A stretch of DNA of 64,000 bases from assembly GCA_951406725.2 (NCBI GenBank), contig OX597819.1:123504001-123568000 (forward strand). Reading direction: 5' to 3'. The translations under genes were made by a program, and so were the position numbers. Each line of letters opens with the position of its first letter. Within the stretch, counting starts at the first letter, position 1. Below are positions 1 through 13,723 of this stretch, piece by piece. This DNA is from Octopus vulgaris (lineage: Eukaryota). The notes beneath the pieces were generated by a model, which ran no database searches, was not told the origin of the DNA, and saw nothing but the letters and a program-made list of their open reading frames with translations.

Positions 1-110
1 GTATCCCACGTCTGTTTCCATTCCTTCACTTGACTCTGTATTTTCATATCTCCTGTATAATAACTATGGAATTTTTTTATCTCATTCTGTTAATTATATA
101 TATATATCTC

Positions 111-489
111 TCTATATATAAACGGCAGTTTGTCTGTGCGTGTTTCTGTGTGTCTGTTTGCTTGTACCCTCACCCTGACCACGGCTTTCAACCGATTCTG
201 ATGAAACTTGACACACACATAGCCCAATGTCATAATTCAAAACTAACGCAGCGAAAATTTTGAAAAGTTCCCCCAGTTCTGAAAAAAATCGATAAATTCG
301 ATATGGGGTCGAGAATCAGAAACACAAACCGCAAACTGTCTAGGGGACGCAACTCCACCTTTTTTACTCTCAAAAAAAATTTACCATAATTTTTTTCCAT
401 TTTTTTGCTATTTTTTGGCTATAACTCTCTAAAAATGCTTTATAGTTATTTCCCTTACAAACCTGAGCAACGCCGGGCGATACTGCTAG
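111..489 (+). mobile_element. Non-autonomous Helitron-like element
   Basis: 5' TC, 3' short hairpin followed by CTAG|T. The 3' end is shared with 43269-43664. Confidence 0.7.
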
Positions 490-1796
490 TATATATATAT
501 ACATACATACATACATTTAAAAATATACATACATACATACATACATACATATGTATGCATGTATGCATTCATGTATGATGACGGGTCTCTGTATGTGAAT
601 GCACGTGGCTTAATAATTAGTTCTAAAAGGGTAATTGGCTTACAATCTTAAGTTCGATTCTCGGTGGCGCTTTTTGGCCTTGAGCAAGATACTTCATTTC
701 AAGTTGCTCCTGTCAACTCGGCTGGCAAAAATGAGTAGAAAGGGCCGGCGTTGTAATACTCTATGTCGCGCTAGATCTCCTTGAAGATTATGTTAAAGGT
801 ATGTGTACCTGTGGTATGCTCAGAAACTTGCACGTTAATTTCACGACCAGGCTGTTCCATTGATCGGATCAACTGAAACACATATCACCTTAATCGATGG
901 AGTACCAGTTATGCATGTTCTGTTCTGTTTTTAATCATTTAAATTCTTTCTCTCAAGGAGCTGGTTTGTAACAAAGATACAAAGCTCAATCGTTGGAATA
1001 TAGATAATGGAAAAAAGTCATTTTAAATTTCAGAAACATCTTGCAGAGTTTTACTGTACCTCTTACTGGTTGTCATTTTCTGAAAATCCAAGTCTGTGTA
1101 GACTGTATGTTTGTCATTTACTCAGAAAAATCATGCCTTTATTCATATAAAGGCAAACTTGTAACCTGGATGTAGAAGATGGATCTTTCGAAGTAGTTGT
1201 CCATAGTATATCTCATTCTCTTTGATTTTGAGACAGATATTCACGTCAGCAGGACAGCTGGCTCTTATGACAGTACATACTTTTGCATACGGATTCTTAT
1301 TTCTTTTAGTGCCCACAAAGGGCTAAACACAGAGGGGACAAACAAGGGCAGACAAACGGATTAAGTCGATTAGATCGACCCTAGTGCGTAACTGGTACTT
1401 AATTTATCGACCCCGAAAGGATGAAAGGCAAAGTCGACCTCGGAGGAATTTGAACTCAGAACGTAGCGGCAGGCGAAATACCGCTAAGAATTTCGCCCGG
1501 CGCGCTAACGTTTCTGCCAGCTCGCCGCTTTTTGCATACAGATTCTGTCATCGTCGATTTCAGATCAACTAATTAACCTTCTCCTCGAAATAATGCCGTG
1601 ACTTGGCAGTTTATTTTACTGACACATTGTTTTCATTTAATTTTCAGACAGAATTCGCATGACACATTACTAGAAAGGTAAACGCTTGTATTTCAGTCGT
1701 GTTTGTACGCACATCCTCTGTGTACATGTACGTGTACAAACCATAATGTGCCTGCAATTTGTACTGGCAATGGTACGCTAGACGTGTCTCCGTATG

Positions 1797-2230
1797 TATC
1801 GGGTCATTAAGAATGAAATTTCCGATTTTCTTATGCACGAAGTTTGACAGACGTTAACTCGAATGCTTCATCCAATGTTTTACAACATTGAAGATTTACA
1901 TTTCGAAATGACATTCGTGGTGTCTGACTATATTGTGAGTTTTCACCTGTAAATCAATTTTTGTAAACCCATGGGTAGATCAAAATTCGTGTTGTTTATG
2001 AATACGAGTTCCGTCGTGGAACCAATGCATCCCAGACAACTCGAAGAATCAATGAGGTGTTGGGGAAGATGTGTCGAATGAGAACACTGGACGTTGATGG
2101 TTTGAGAAGTTCTGGTCTAGTGACTTTACTCTTGAAAATCATCCCTGTGGTAGACCTGAGACCAAGGTGTATAATGATGAGCCGGAAACTGTAATGGAAG
2201 CGGATACATGTCAAATAACGTGTGAGTTAG
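1797..2230 (+). mobile_element. Mariner (Mos1-like) 5' fragment
   Basis: TIR-like tatcgggtc... followed by HTH sequence IRVVYEYEFRRGTNASQTTRRINEV..WFEKF..LENHPCGRPETKV. Confidence 0.8.
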
Positions 2231-2380
2231 GGGCAAGGTTGGTGTTCGCCTCCTGCATATACTTTGTCTCTCATACTTCAGTGGTTGACTCTATTATTAC
2301 GTGTAAAATACCGGAATAAATGTGTGTTATTGTGGCCTACCCGGAATACTAGCGGTATTATGTTGATGTATTAAGGTATT

Positions 2381-2612
2381 AAGGCGGCGAGCTGGCAGAA
2401 ACGTTAGCGCGCCGGGCGAAATGCTTAGCGGTATTTCGTCTGCCGTTACGTTCTGAGTTTAAATTCCGCCGAGGTCGACCTTACCTTTCATCCTTTCGGG
2501 GTCGATTAAATAAGTACAGTTACGCACTGGGGTCGATATGATCGACTTAATCCGTTTGTCTGTCCTTGTTCGTCCTCTCTGTGTTTAGCCCCTTGTGCGT
2601 AGTAAAGAAATA
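2381..2612 (+). mobile_element. SINE family A (tRNA-like head, Meta-domain-like core)
   Basis: ggcggcgagctggcagaa..gagttcaaattcc..gtcgac..cctttcatcctttcggggtcgat. Other copies at 1297-1528(-), 22583-22815(-), 30459-30690(+), 31022-31392(-, two), 54545-54931(-, two) and 55215-55445(+), with older relatives at ~27570, ~32670 and ~59260. Confidence 0.9.
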
Positions 2613-3912
2613 GGTATTATGTTGATGTTGAGAGAAGTTATAACGCTTTGCATGATATATAGAAGCACGCAAAATATTATGTTTAAAGTCACGTGTTCCA
2701 GAATAAAGAACAGAATGTCAGCTTTGCTTAATAATTAATATTGAATCTTATATAGCCAATGAGAATATTCCCAAAATTGAAATGGAACATTGGAGATATA
2801 TTTGCGAAAGTGATTTGACATGAAACTGTACTTAAACTAAATCAACATCGCCTGGAAGCCACATATTAGCCATTCAAAACACACAAAGCCCCTTAAGTTT
2901 AATTAAATATTTATTATTTGGTATTAAATTTTTAGTCGCATTAATGGCGACCTGCACACTCACGCAAGCTTATTGGTTCAAAAGTAGAAATTCACATTAG
3001 AAAACATTGGAAATAATATAGAACACCATCGACTTTATATAACCATGACAGCCTCTTAGAAGCACTGAAAAACATAGTAACTGAATCCGCGATACATAAA
3101 TATATTCATAATCCTTTCTTGTAAACGTAGAATTGAAGAAACTTTTAGAAAAGGGACTATTTAATCATATCGATCTGAGCATTCATATGTTTATTTTATT
3201 GACGCCGAACATCACTTCAGAAGGTAATGAAATTTTTATGTTTCATTGGAAATAGTGTGTAGCACAGGAGGGCCGACATCAAGCACAATGAATGTATCCA
3301 TAAAATACAACAAAGTATAATATAACTCTCCAGAAAAGAAAGTGTACATACGAGAGAGTTAATAATATGTCTCTTTTTTGTTGTTTGAAAAGAATAGCAA
3401 CTGACATATATCAATCGGAACATCGCATAGATAACTGTTTAAACAGCTATCAGTATAATGTAACCATCACAATTACACGTAGGAATATATCCATACACAA
3501 ATATAGACGTGTATACAAATAGACTGACGAATATATGTATGTATGCATAGGACCTTTTTTTATATGTATACATCCATATGAATGAGGATTAACTCAGACG
3601 AAAAGTATTATATACGTAGCAAAGTAATTTAAGTGCCAGTAACTAGGTCGTGTTTGTGCGAGAAAAATTCTGAAGTTTCATCAAATAAACTGAAGCTGAT
3701 TTTAACAGCTTTTTGAGATGGTTATGTACTACAATTATTTCGATAACGTATAAAACAGAATATAATAGCGACAAGGTGATTTGCACCAGCATCAACTTGA
3801 TAGAGCGTTACCAGCTACACATATTTTGACGAATTGCACGCACAGCTCTTTTCTCTCATGCGGCAGTTTTCAATGGTGATCTGTTCCATTTCAGTACAAA
3901 TGAATAAATGAA

Positions 3913-3951
<39 letters not shown>

Positions 3952-4552
3952 ATACGAACCCCTGGTTCAATCTCTGGAGGGAAATATTATAATAGAAATG
4001 CATGAGTTGTTGTGCATGATTCTAAAAAAAATACAATTTTCAAAGTAATGAACCTCAACTATCGAACAATACCGTAGCAAACAGAAACAAGAGCACAGAA
4101 CTCGCATAACATGCTAAGTAGGGAGCCTACACGTTGTAAATGACCTGCTAGAAATACCAACCAAATCTTCCTAGTATCATTCGTTATTTCGTAAATCATT
4201 TAACAAAAAGGAAAGACCATGCCTGAAAAAAATAGTATGTGACGTCCACGAATAGAATATATTTTGATCATAGATTTTGTTTTAATCGCTCGTGTAAATT
4301 AAACAACAATAATAACCATTTCAAAGTCATATTCCACCTATGACTTCGAGTAGAATTTCACGCAAAATAGATTCCATATTATTGATGTTATGAAAGTGTA
4401 AAATAATTATAAGGCATTTATATTCAAAACGAAAGGTAATTAGTGTTCGTGTCATCCGTCTAGGGATTAATTAGAATAGGTTTTTGCGTCACATTTCATA
4501 AACAAAATGAAAAAAAATTCAGTTCTAAATTGCTACTACACATGTAACTTAC

Positions 4553-4570
4553 CTCGAAATCCTTAATGAG
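4553..4570 (-). other. Micro-exon paralog (18 nt), left partial copy
   Basis: ttttCAG|ctcattaaggatttcgag|GTAAGT. Confidence 0.45.
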
Positions 4571-5049
4571 CTGAAAATTATTTCACAAAATGAAATTAAC
4601 TAGTATTGCAAATGTTTTCAGAATTTGAGTTTATGTAACATACAGCCGCCGTATGTGGTGTATGGAAACCGTAAACATGCATTCTCTACTTAAATTTCTG
4701 ATTTATAGTTATAATACAAATATGTTTTAGGTTTGCAATGCAATGTTCATTGTTAGTTTTACTTTTAGCGTTCGGCACTAATTTATGACCGACATATAAC
4801 TCGACAAATAACACTGGAAAATAGAATATCAAATCATTTGGCGATAAGAACGAAGCCCCAATTAGGAAATGCCACCTGGGAACATGTAATGCAACGTATT
4901 ATTTAATTGAGGTAGTAGGGAGTTTTTTACATGAATATTGGTCGTAATTCTAGCAGATGAACATGGCGTTATAAATGAGTGATTCACTAAAGTACTGAAA
5001 CTTCCCATTCATGAAATCATAATTTCACATCACCATTCAATGCCCACTA

Positions 5050-6830
5050 TTACAAGATTCCATACATATTGAGCTGGATTTTTGAAATGACAGTCTGCAT
5101 CTCTTTCTTCATCCTCAGGGAAACCCGCCGAAACAACACTCACGTTGACACCGAGGTGAAAAGTTTAAAAATTCATCATCACTAGAGCAGATCTCACGCT
5201 TTTAAAATAAAGATCGCACTGACTAAATAAAGAAGTAGTAACTATTTTTCCCAATGGTTTTTTTACGAAATTCACAAGCACTAATTGAATTAGGATTCCA
5301 AAAGAGAAAAATAAACTCATTGGATGAATCAAACTACTATACAAAAATCAACCAATTAAAACAAAACCACCAACAGCATCTACATTCAGCAACAATAAAA
5401 GGCTTGAGGTGGAGAAACAGTATATGCAGGCCAGCAGGAAAACCTACTTCCACAATCAAAGAGCTGCTGAGGAAAACTGGGTAATTAAAACAGTTCCTGA
5501 AAGTGTTCCATTCTTATGCCAACAAGAATAGAATCGCTCTCACACGTTGGTTATTAAATGGCGGTATTTCTGCAGAAACGGTACTGCTCTATCTTTAGTG
5601 ACGTCAATGATATAGAACTGCCACCGCCTCAGACATCATAGCAGCAGTAAATAAAAGATAAAATTCTGCTGTAGTATCTCATAGATTCGCCGCTAATGTC
5701 CTGAATGAATGTAGACATCGATTTGCATCCCTTCTAACCAAGCTTTGAAGAAATTCTTTACACTCAGGCTTGATACTGAAACAGTTCTTATCTCAAAATG
5801 TCATCTCGATCTTCCAAAATTATCGCCCAATGTCACTCATCTTCCATACCATCAAAGTTGTTGAAAGGGTAGTGAGATCGTTGATAATTGGCTTCTGGGC
5901 GAACCAGCACTTACAATGCATCAATAATATCTTCAAACTTTGTGATCACATTCGAAATCTGATGTCATGTATTATGACACCAGTAAAGCGTTGACAGAGT
6001 TGATCAGAGTATTCACGTTTCAAATTGTCAAATATTAGAGTTGTAATACGTGGAAAACTACTACGTCTGATTACTTCCTGGTGAACAGACCACATGTTGT
6101 GATCGGTGGATTGCATTCAAGCCCAGCAAGAGGCACTGCAGGACCCGCTTTTCTATATAAACGACATCTAGAGCGACATGAAGCCCAGCAAATTAAGAAT
6201 AATTGCTGATAACTCTAATCTCCAGAAAATTATCAATGACAGCTTGCTCTCTGGTTCTGCGGATCAGAGAGCAAGATATCTTCTCCTTTGTATGGCCACA
6301 CGGCGAATACTGCTGCACCATGTGGTCACCCCACACCAAACAAACCATTACTAGAACTGAGTCACTCTAGAGAGCGTTCACAAAAAAAATCATCACTGAT
6401 CAGGTTTACTGAATCTTTGTTCCTTTCACCGTCACCATGAGCGTTACATCATTTGCACAATGTGGATGATACACCAGTATTGCCCAAACGTCCTTAACGT
6501 CAGATTCAGAATTGATCCAAGGCTGAGGCCACCGGCCATACGCCCCCAACACATTTCAGGCTCATAACACATACATCCACTGCAATGCAATTACTTTCAC
6601 TCAATAGGACCTGGTCTATTTCAAATTATCCGTAAAAATATCAAAGAAAAATATCCAATTACCTTCAAACGAATCCTGGAGAAAGTTCTTCAAGGGATAT
6701 CAGATAAACCACCTTTACCAAGACATACCTCAACTAGCAACAGTTATTTACTTTAATTGGCCATGATACCACAAAAATTGTCTTAAAAATGGCTTAACAG
6801 ATCCTATCAGCAGATGCAATTAAATTAGAT
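5050..6830 (+). mobile_element. Highly decayed CR1/L2-group LINE (predates the duplication)
   Basis: NYRPMSL..IKVVERVV and YINDI..IADNS (YADD-like) remnants. Paralogs at ~33120-34165 and ~59720-61790. Confidence 0.7.
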
Positions 6831-7470
6831 ATGGACTGGGTCAGTCGTTGAGTGAGACATATTTTTCGTTAAGTTATATATACAATAATTTCGATAAACA
6901 AAGTTCATATAATTCGTTCCTACATAGATTGCTGTTGCTTTAGATACAGAGGACGATGCCGTGGTGCAACACAATGGCATCCAGTAAACCTGAAGCCGAG
7001 GTCATTTACTACCACTTGTAGAATTTCCTCCAAGAAGTAAAGTCGTAGTTTTATCAGGATCTACCAGCACTTCATTTGCTGCACAGTGACAAACGGTTTA
7101 ATATAGCAGCGTTGGATCGCATCAAGTACCGCTGTTAATATGATACTATGTAATGATAACAGCTGTGAGCAATACACCAGGAGGCTTAGAACGAATTTGC
7201 TCCACGGAGCCGATATGAAATCTGAGTGTCTTACCCGGAAGGACCATAGAATCAATCCTGCTAATTATCTTTACTTTGTTTCTATTTTGGCAATGTTTCA
7301 CTGTTTGTGATACTCTCGGGTCCTGAAAATATCAGTCTGTGGTGCATTTGAAATCTTACAGCGTTAAACTGCATATTGTTTCGTTCAGCCAGCTAGTACA
7401 ATGCATTTAAGTGCAGCTGTAAATACTGCGTGCGTGTGTGTGTACGTATGTGTGTGTATTTGTGTGTATG

Positions 7471-7541
<71 letters not shown>

Positions 7542-7578
7542 TTATGTATGTATGTACGTATGTATGAATGTGTGTATG

Positions 7579-7611
<33 letters not shown>

Positions 7612-7645
7612 TTATATATACATATATATATATGTATATATATAA

Positions 7646-7693
<48 letters not shown>

Positions 7694-7714
7694 GTGTATA
7701 TATATATATATATT

Positions 7715-8024
7715 TATTAATAATTAAGCTGTGAATGTGTGTCTGTTTGTGTGTCTGTTTGCTTGTCTGTGTGAATCTCTTAAAGTGGAGAACTAATCAA
7801 CCGATTCCATTCAAATTTTGCATATGCCTAAGTTAGGGTCCATGCACTGTCATGGACCCAAAAGATTTTTAACTTCTTGCCTAATGCGATACCAGAGAAA
7901 ACTCTTATCTCTTACACTATTTCAGTATTAGGTAACAAAATTGAATTGGCAACAGTCACATGACCGAAGCAATTAAAACAGTAAGAACTGTTTAACCCCG
8001 AGCAGCACCAGGTGTTTCTGCTAG
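7715..8024 (+). mobile_element. Helitron-like element
   Basis: (gtct/gttt) array near the 5' end; 3' ccccgagcagcaccaggtgtttctgCTAG|T. Confidence 0.55.
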
Positions 8025-8154
8025 TGTAGCATACACGCCATATCCAGTTAAATGAAAAAAAGAAAATTGAGAGCTGAAAGTTAATAATTATTTTTATTAA
8101 CAAATTGGTAATCTTTACATCTTACAGCCATTTCCTTGATTAAGTTAACATATC

Positions 8155-8232
<78 letters not shown>

Positions 8233-8241
8233 ATATATATA

Positions 8242-8454
8242 TAAGGTGCGGCAGAAATACCTCCTACATTTTAAACTTTCACCTATGTGTAGCTAACGAA
8301 CTTATGCAAGTGCCAATGATGTTTTAATTTAGCTAATGAATAAAAACTGTAACCGTTTATGTACACAGTAGTAGAATTAAATTTTCATAAATCTTGTTTC
8401 TTTTTCCTTTCGTCAGCCTTTTAAATGTGGGAGGTATTTCTGTCGCATCGTGTA
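8242..8454. mobile_element. Small Tc1/mariner-type MITE
   Basis: TIRs ggtgcggcagaaatacctcctacattttaaa / tttaaatgtgggaggtatttctgtcgcatc. Confidence 0.7.
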
Positions 8455-8619
8455 TAGGTATATACATATATATATACTTTATTTAAAGCAGCAGAAACGA
8501 GAAACTCGGAGTAACAGATTTTGTTGAATTTTCTGCTGCTTTAAATAAAGCATATTACTCTACCACTGGTATTTGAGTACTCTTTTTTTCCACCTTGTTT
8601 CACATTTATGTGTTTACTC

Positions 8620-8695
<76 letters not shown>

Positions 8696-9647
8696 GGGTG
8701 GTATAAATCTTTTCCCGTGAATAGGTGACTGTAATCCAGAAAGTTATAAGAAAGTATTATCGGACGTCGAATCATAACTGGGGCATCAGAAAGAAAATCA
8801 TAAATTACGAAGTTTGAATAATGAAAACAGACAAATATCATGATCAGATGCATTTATAACCACAAAACCAATTAAATGAAACAGTATCCTTATATCTTTA
8901 TATATATATATAATTTTACAAACGTTTCCGCTTAGTGAAGAGGCTTTGCCTATTCATTATTGCGTAATGCCAATGCAGCCTTAAGTTCTGGTTTTCAATG
9001 TCCTATATAAGAAGGAAGTTAGAAGTATTTGCTTATGAATTCATGTCATGATTTTGTTCACTCGAATAATCATTATTGAAGTGAAACAATAAATTCTCTA
9101 CTGGTCTTTCCACATATTGAAAGGACTCTTGTGACAGCATGTTTAATATAGCTTGGCTTGTACTAGCTTTTGTATATTCATTACCACAATATGGTAGCAA
9201 GAGAAATGGACAAATATGTCATCTTACATTAACGAGTAAAGTTTTATGATCAGCAAAACGAGCATGCTGGCTAATCTTTATAATCTTTAAAACGCAATGA
9301 CTCCCCCATAAATTTCGAAAAGAGATAAATGACGACTATCATAGAAAAACTTCCGCACTCTTGCAAAATGTAGCTTTCATTTTCGATTTTCTTTTTTATG
9401 TTTCATTTTCTTTCAGAATGCTTCGTACTTGTTCTTACGTTATATTCTTTCCTTTAATTTTCTGAATGGAAATATTTGAGCTCCGTTTAATGATAAACAC
9501 GTTTTCACTGTGCATGCTGTTATAACATTTTCTCTTTCTTTTATATCTCATTGCTTTTTCTTTCTTTAATAAAGGAGTAATATTCTAGAATACCGGAGCG
9601 TAAGGTACTTCTTAACTTTTTCTAACATGACTATGACAAATGTAATC

Positions 9648-9975
9648 TATTCTGTTGTGCCTGGGAAGAGTAATTTTCTTTTTGTGCCTTATAATTTAAC
9701 ACACGCACCGGTAAAATTTCCATTTATTTCTTATTTTTATTTTCCTAAAATTTTCGTTGCATCTTGCAACCTTTTGAATAGTCTTAACTCTTGAAAAGGT
9801 TGCAAAACGCAACGAACATCTTTTGGAAAATAAAAATAAGAACTAAGTGGAAATGTTACCGGTGCGTGTGTTAAATTATAAGGCACAAAAAGAAAATTAC
9901 TCTTCCCAGACACAACAGAATAAGCTTCAACACACGAACTCACATAAAGAATCTTGTAAACCAAATCCAAAAACG
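9648..9975. mobile_element. Short foldback element (PLE pLTR remnant) with U3-A8 hammerhead-like motifs
   Basis: Arms 9648-9775 and 9794-9922. aaatgtaat direct repeat at both ends; empty site in the paralog at ~35465. A third single copy lies at ~14960-15143. Confidence 0.7.
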
Positions 9976-10062
9976 AAATGTAATTTAATTATGATATAAT
10001 TATTCATTGTCTTGTAATGCATTTATTTTTGATTCGGTTGATTTGAACATCGTGTAATCAAT

Positions 10063-10408
10063 ATCTATAAGACTGAAATGCGAAAAGTTTGTTTGTCTGG
10101 TTTTGGCATTGGAACGGGTTAAAGGGTACTAGATCCCGTCGGATTGACTCCAAAATTTACAGGGACATGTAAAATGAGGTGAGAATGTGAGTGGGCTAGC
10201 TTAGAAATCACTAACTTAAAAGGTGTCGTTACTAGGGCAAAAAACGCACACTTTGACAAGTCTCCTCTCATTCTCTTATCTGCATGTCTTTCTCCGTCTC
10301 TCTCTGTTTCCTCCCTTCCCATCACTTTCTCTCTATAACGACGTTTGACAGATACTACTATCTTTCCCCCCGCCGCCTTCGCCAGCGCTGTCCCTCTTTC
10401 CCCCACCG

Positions 10409-10453
<45 letters not shown>

Positions 10454-10613
10454 GTCTGTCTGCATTCATAGAGAGTTTTATTATTGCCACAATAACCACA
10501 CAACCATGAGAACAAATATTATGAATCAGATATTTATTGGGTTAATTTATATGTGTGTGTGTTCTATATATAAATATGTATATGTAATGTATATATATAC
10601 AAAGTGTATATAA

Positions 10614-10676
<63 letters not shown>

Positions 10677-11588
10677 GTATACATTTGTATATATAATGCG
10701 TACACACATACACACACATATATATATAATGCGTATATATATATATATATAATGTATGCATTATGTCGTCGGTTGAGCTGAAAATATGCACACCTATGTT
10801 AAAAGTGCTGGCGAATTTGCATGGCAACTATTTTTTCCTCAAATGAAGGGCGTGACCTCTAGGACAAAATTCCTCATCTTATAAAATGTGGCCCTAGTAT
10901 ACCCGAATGAAATTGGGTTATATTAACCAAAATGTGAAAAGGGACAAGAAGGGGATTAAAATTTACAGGAGCGGGTGTTTAGGAATTCTCTGTTACATGA
11001 AGCTAAAACGTTTGCGACAGCCTTTAAATCTTCAATGTGTTGCCGTCCATGATGAAGTTTTGAATGCTTGCCATGGTGAGTCTACTGTCGTGAGAAAGAA
11101 TCACTTCAAAATTAGTGTTTAGGAATTTTCTTTTACATCAAGTTCAAAACTTTACGCCAGCCATTAAACTACCACTACGTTGCTGTCCGTCGTTAAGAAA
11201 TGCCAGCCATGGTGACTCTACTCTCCTCAGATTCTATCCCTTCAAATTTTGTCCCTTTTAAATGTTAGTGTTTCGCTGTCTGCCTTGAAGCAGACCTTTT
11301 CGTTGTCATTGCCTGATATTTATGATTAATCTTTCAAAATATTTTCTTTCTCAACTTACTCAAGATCTTTTGTTGTTTATAAATAGGAGAGAGAGAGATA
11401 GAGAAAGATAGAGAGTAAGAGAAAGCGAGGGAGAGTCCGAGAGAAAGGAAGAATAAGAGAGTGGGAAAGTGAGAGAGAAAGGATAGAGAAACAAAGAGGG
11501 AGAATGTGGTGATAAAAAGCAGAAAGGAAACAACAGAAAGTAACAACCACACTCTTACCCGCGCGTAGAGCGGGTCACCTTAAGCTAG
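10063..11588 (+). mobile_element. Helitron-like element(s), composite
   Basis: TCTATA start; 3' hairpin acccgc gcgtaga gcgggt followed by CTAG|T. Confidence 0.5.
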
Positions 11589-12479
11589 TATATATATATT
11601 TGTATATACACACTCACACTCAAGCATACGCACGCACACGCAAGAAAACAGACGCACGTGCACGCGAACACACACATACACACACATACATTCCTTACTG
11701 TCTTCCACCACAGTAATCCACTGTTCACTTTTCAATACCTTGTTAAATCTCCCTCCTCCCTTCCATTGCGAAGTGTTTCATTTATTTTATTGCTTATTGT
11801 CTTCCATATGTGGCTGTTGAAATGTAGAATCTACCGTGTAGATTCTCTACTTTTTTTCTGTGCATGAACCGAATGGATGAAAGAAAAGCGAGACTGGTAT
11901 TGATTGACCTGATGAGCAAGCCTTTATACCTGTATTGCTCTATACATTTTACAACCGAATTATGCAATATATATTAATACAGGCATCAAAAATGATTTAT
12001 TATTTATTTTTTTATTATACAATAGAATGAATTCTTTTCGTGTGATAAATGCTGCGAGACTAGCATCGCTGTATGAATCTCAATACTTGAACTGATTGTT
12101 TTCATGTTATACTTACACTCTTTATATTTTATATCCGTATGTATAGATATGCGTGTGTATGTGTACGTGTGTGTACGTTTGAGTGTGTATGTGTGCCCAT
12201 GTATGTTTGTGTATGTGTGCGTTTCTGTACGTATATTTATAAATTTACCAAGATTAATCGAATTTATATGTAGCCCTATCTTTATATGAACTCAGTTTGT
12301 TTTCATTTATAGCACCCTTTATGTGGACCTTGTAATGGTAGGTCCTTTCCTTTGAGCAAAATGACGTATCTTCTGAAATGAGGCGTCTCTTGACTCAACC
12401 AGTTGACTGTACATATATATATATACAAAGGTAGTTTTAGAGACAGAACCACCCTGAACTCAATCAACATTAAAAAATA

Positions 12480-13250
12480 TTATACCCGACCGAGCCATAA
12501 AATATTAAATATGATACTTACTATATCTATCCAGAATCCCATGCTTTCCATTTTAAAGACAACACGTATTTCATGATAGTATGTCGGTATTTCTGAGATA
12601 TAAGGTCTCTAGTTTCAATACTCAATTAGATCGACGTACTCCCAATCATCAGGTCGGGATTCTACACATTTATTACTCTATCTACATTCTATATAACTCT
12701 ATGATTATTAAAGTTGTTTGACTAAAAAGCGTTAACATAATTTTACTTTGCAAATTAATTAATAAAAATAAAGTTGTAAATTTTAGATTTTTTCGGAAAA
12801 GTAAATATTGGATTAGGGGGAGAGTTGTAAATTTTGGCTTTTTATTCGATGCACATCTGTCTGTGAGACCGATGACAGGTATTTTCCTGTATTCAGGATT
12901 CGTAATTTGAGATTTACATACTGAGCATCCTTTATTGTAGGTTTTTTTTTTTTTGTTGTATGCCTAATATATTGCCTATTGCATCATGCGCATTTTATCA
13001 CGTAAATTAAGTTTTCCGATTCACAGGTGATGGCTGATCTGATAGTTAAATGATGGCCTTGTTATAATGTGTATTTCGAACCTTCTAATAAGATGACACA
13101 TATTCCGCGGTTGGGATTTTCCAGCATTTTAACTGTTGATTTTGAGGTTGTTATTGGGCACATTTTAGCCTGGGTTAAAATCTTCGTTAAAGATTTTGGT
13201 TGCCGTTTACTTTTTATAATAGTGTACCTTTGGAGGATTCAGTTCATTTT
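12480..13250 (-). mobile_element. Decayed PLE (Neptune-like) endonuclease region with degenerate hammerhead at ~12604-12655
   Basis: Minus-strand translation IKSKRQPKSLTKIL...ITCESENLIYVIKCA*CNRQYI. Downstream gac-CUGAUGA...GAAA-ctag. Confidence 0.7.
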
Positions 13251-13343
13251 TGGGTGTCCCTTGAGTAGGGAGACCCAAAGACTCGTATGCCACCTACACT
13301 TTTTATAAATATATATATACATATACATACATACATACATACA

Positions 13344-13427
<84 letters not shown>

Positions 13428-13582
13428 CAATAAAACATATTAGAGGGAAGTACAGTCTAAAGAATACAGTAGTAATTATTACAGCAAAATTTTAAATTTT
13501 GCTCACGAGGTTAATCATGTATATATATAATTTGTGTGAGCATGGTATGAATGTCTGTGCATGTATATGTATATGTATGTGT

Positions 13583-13618
<36 letters not shown>

Positions 13619-13692
13619 TCATACATATATATATTTATGTCTGACTATGTATATATACTGAAAGAAGCCTGTCGTATATGTGTATATATATG

Positions 13693-13723
<31 letters not shown>

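Larger units (their letters stand above)
2235..10060 (+). repeat. Segmental duplication, partial copy 1
   Basis: Colinear with ~26380-35780 and ~53400-63950. Shared landmarks include cgtgttccagaataaagaacagaatgt at ~2692, ~26573 and ~53554. Confidence 0.9.

Noticed and set aside
1384-1572. Recurrent ORF MRNWYLIYRPRKDERQ (also 22668, 55137)
   Set aside because: Antisense translation of SINE A.
7385-7734. Long [12 protein letters not shown] ORFs here and at 15016-18323, 45767-46109, 55448-55949 and elsewhere
   Set aside because: They are stop-free translations of dinucleotide microsatellites, not genes.
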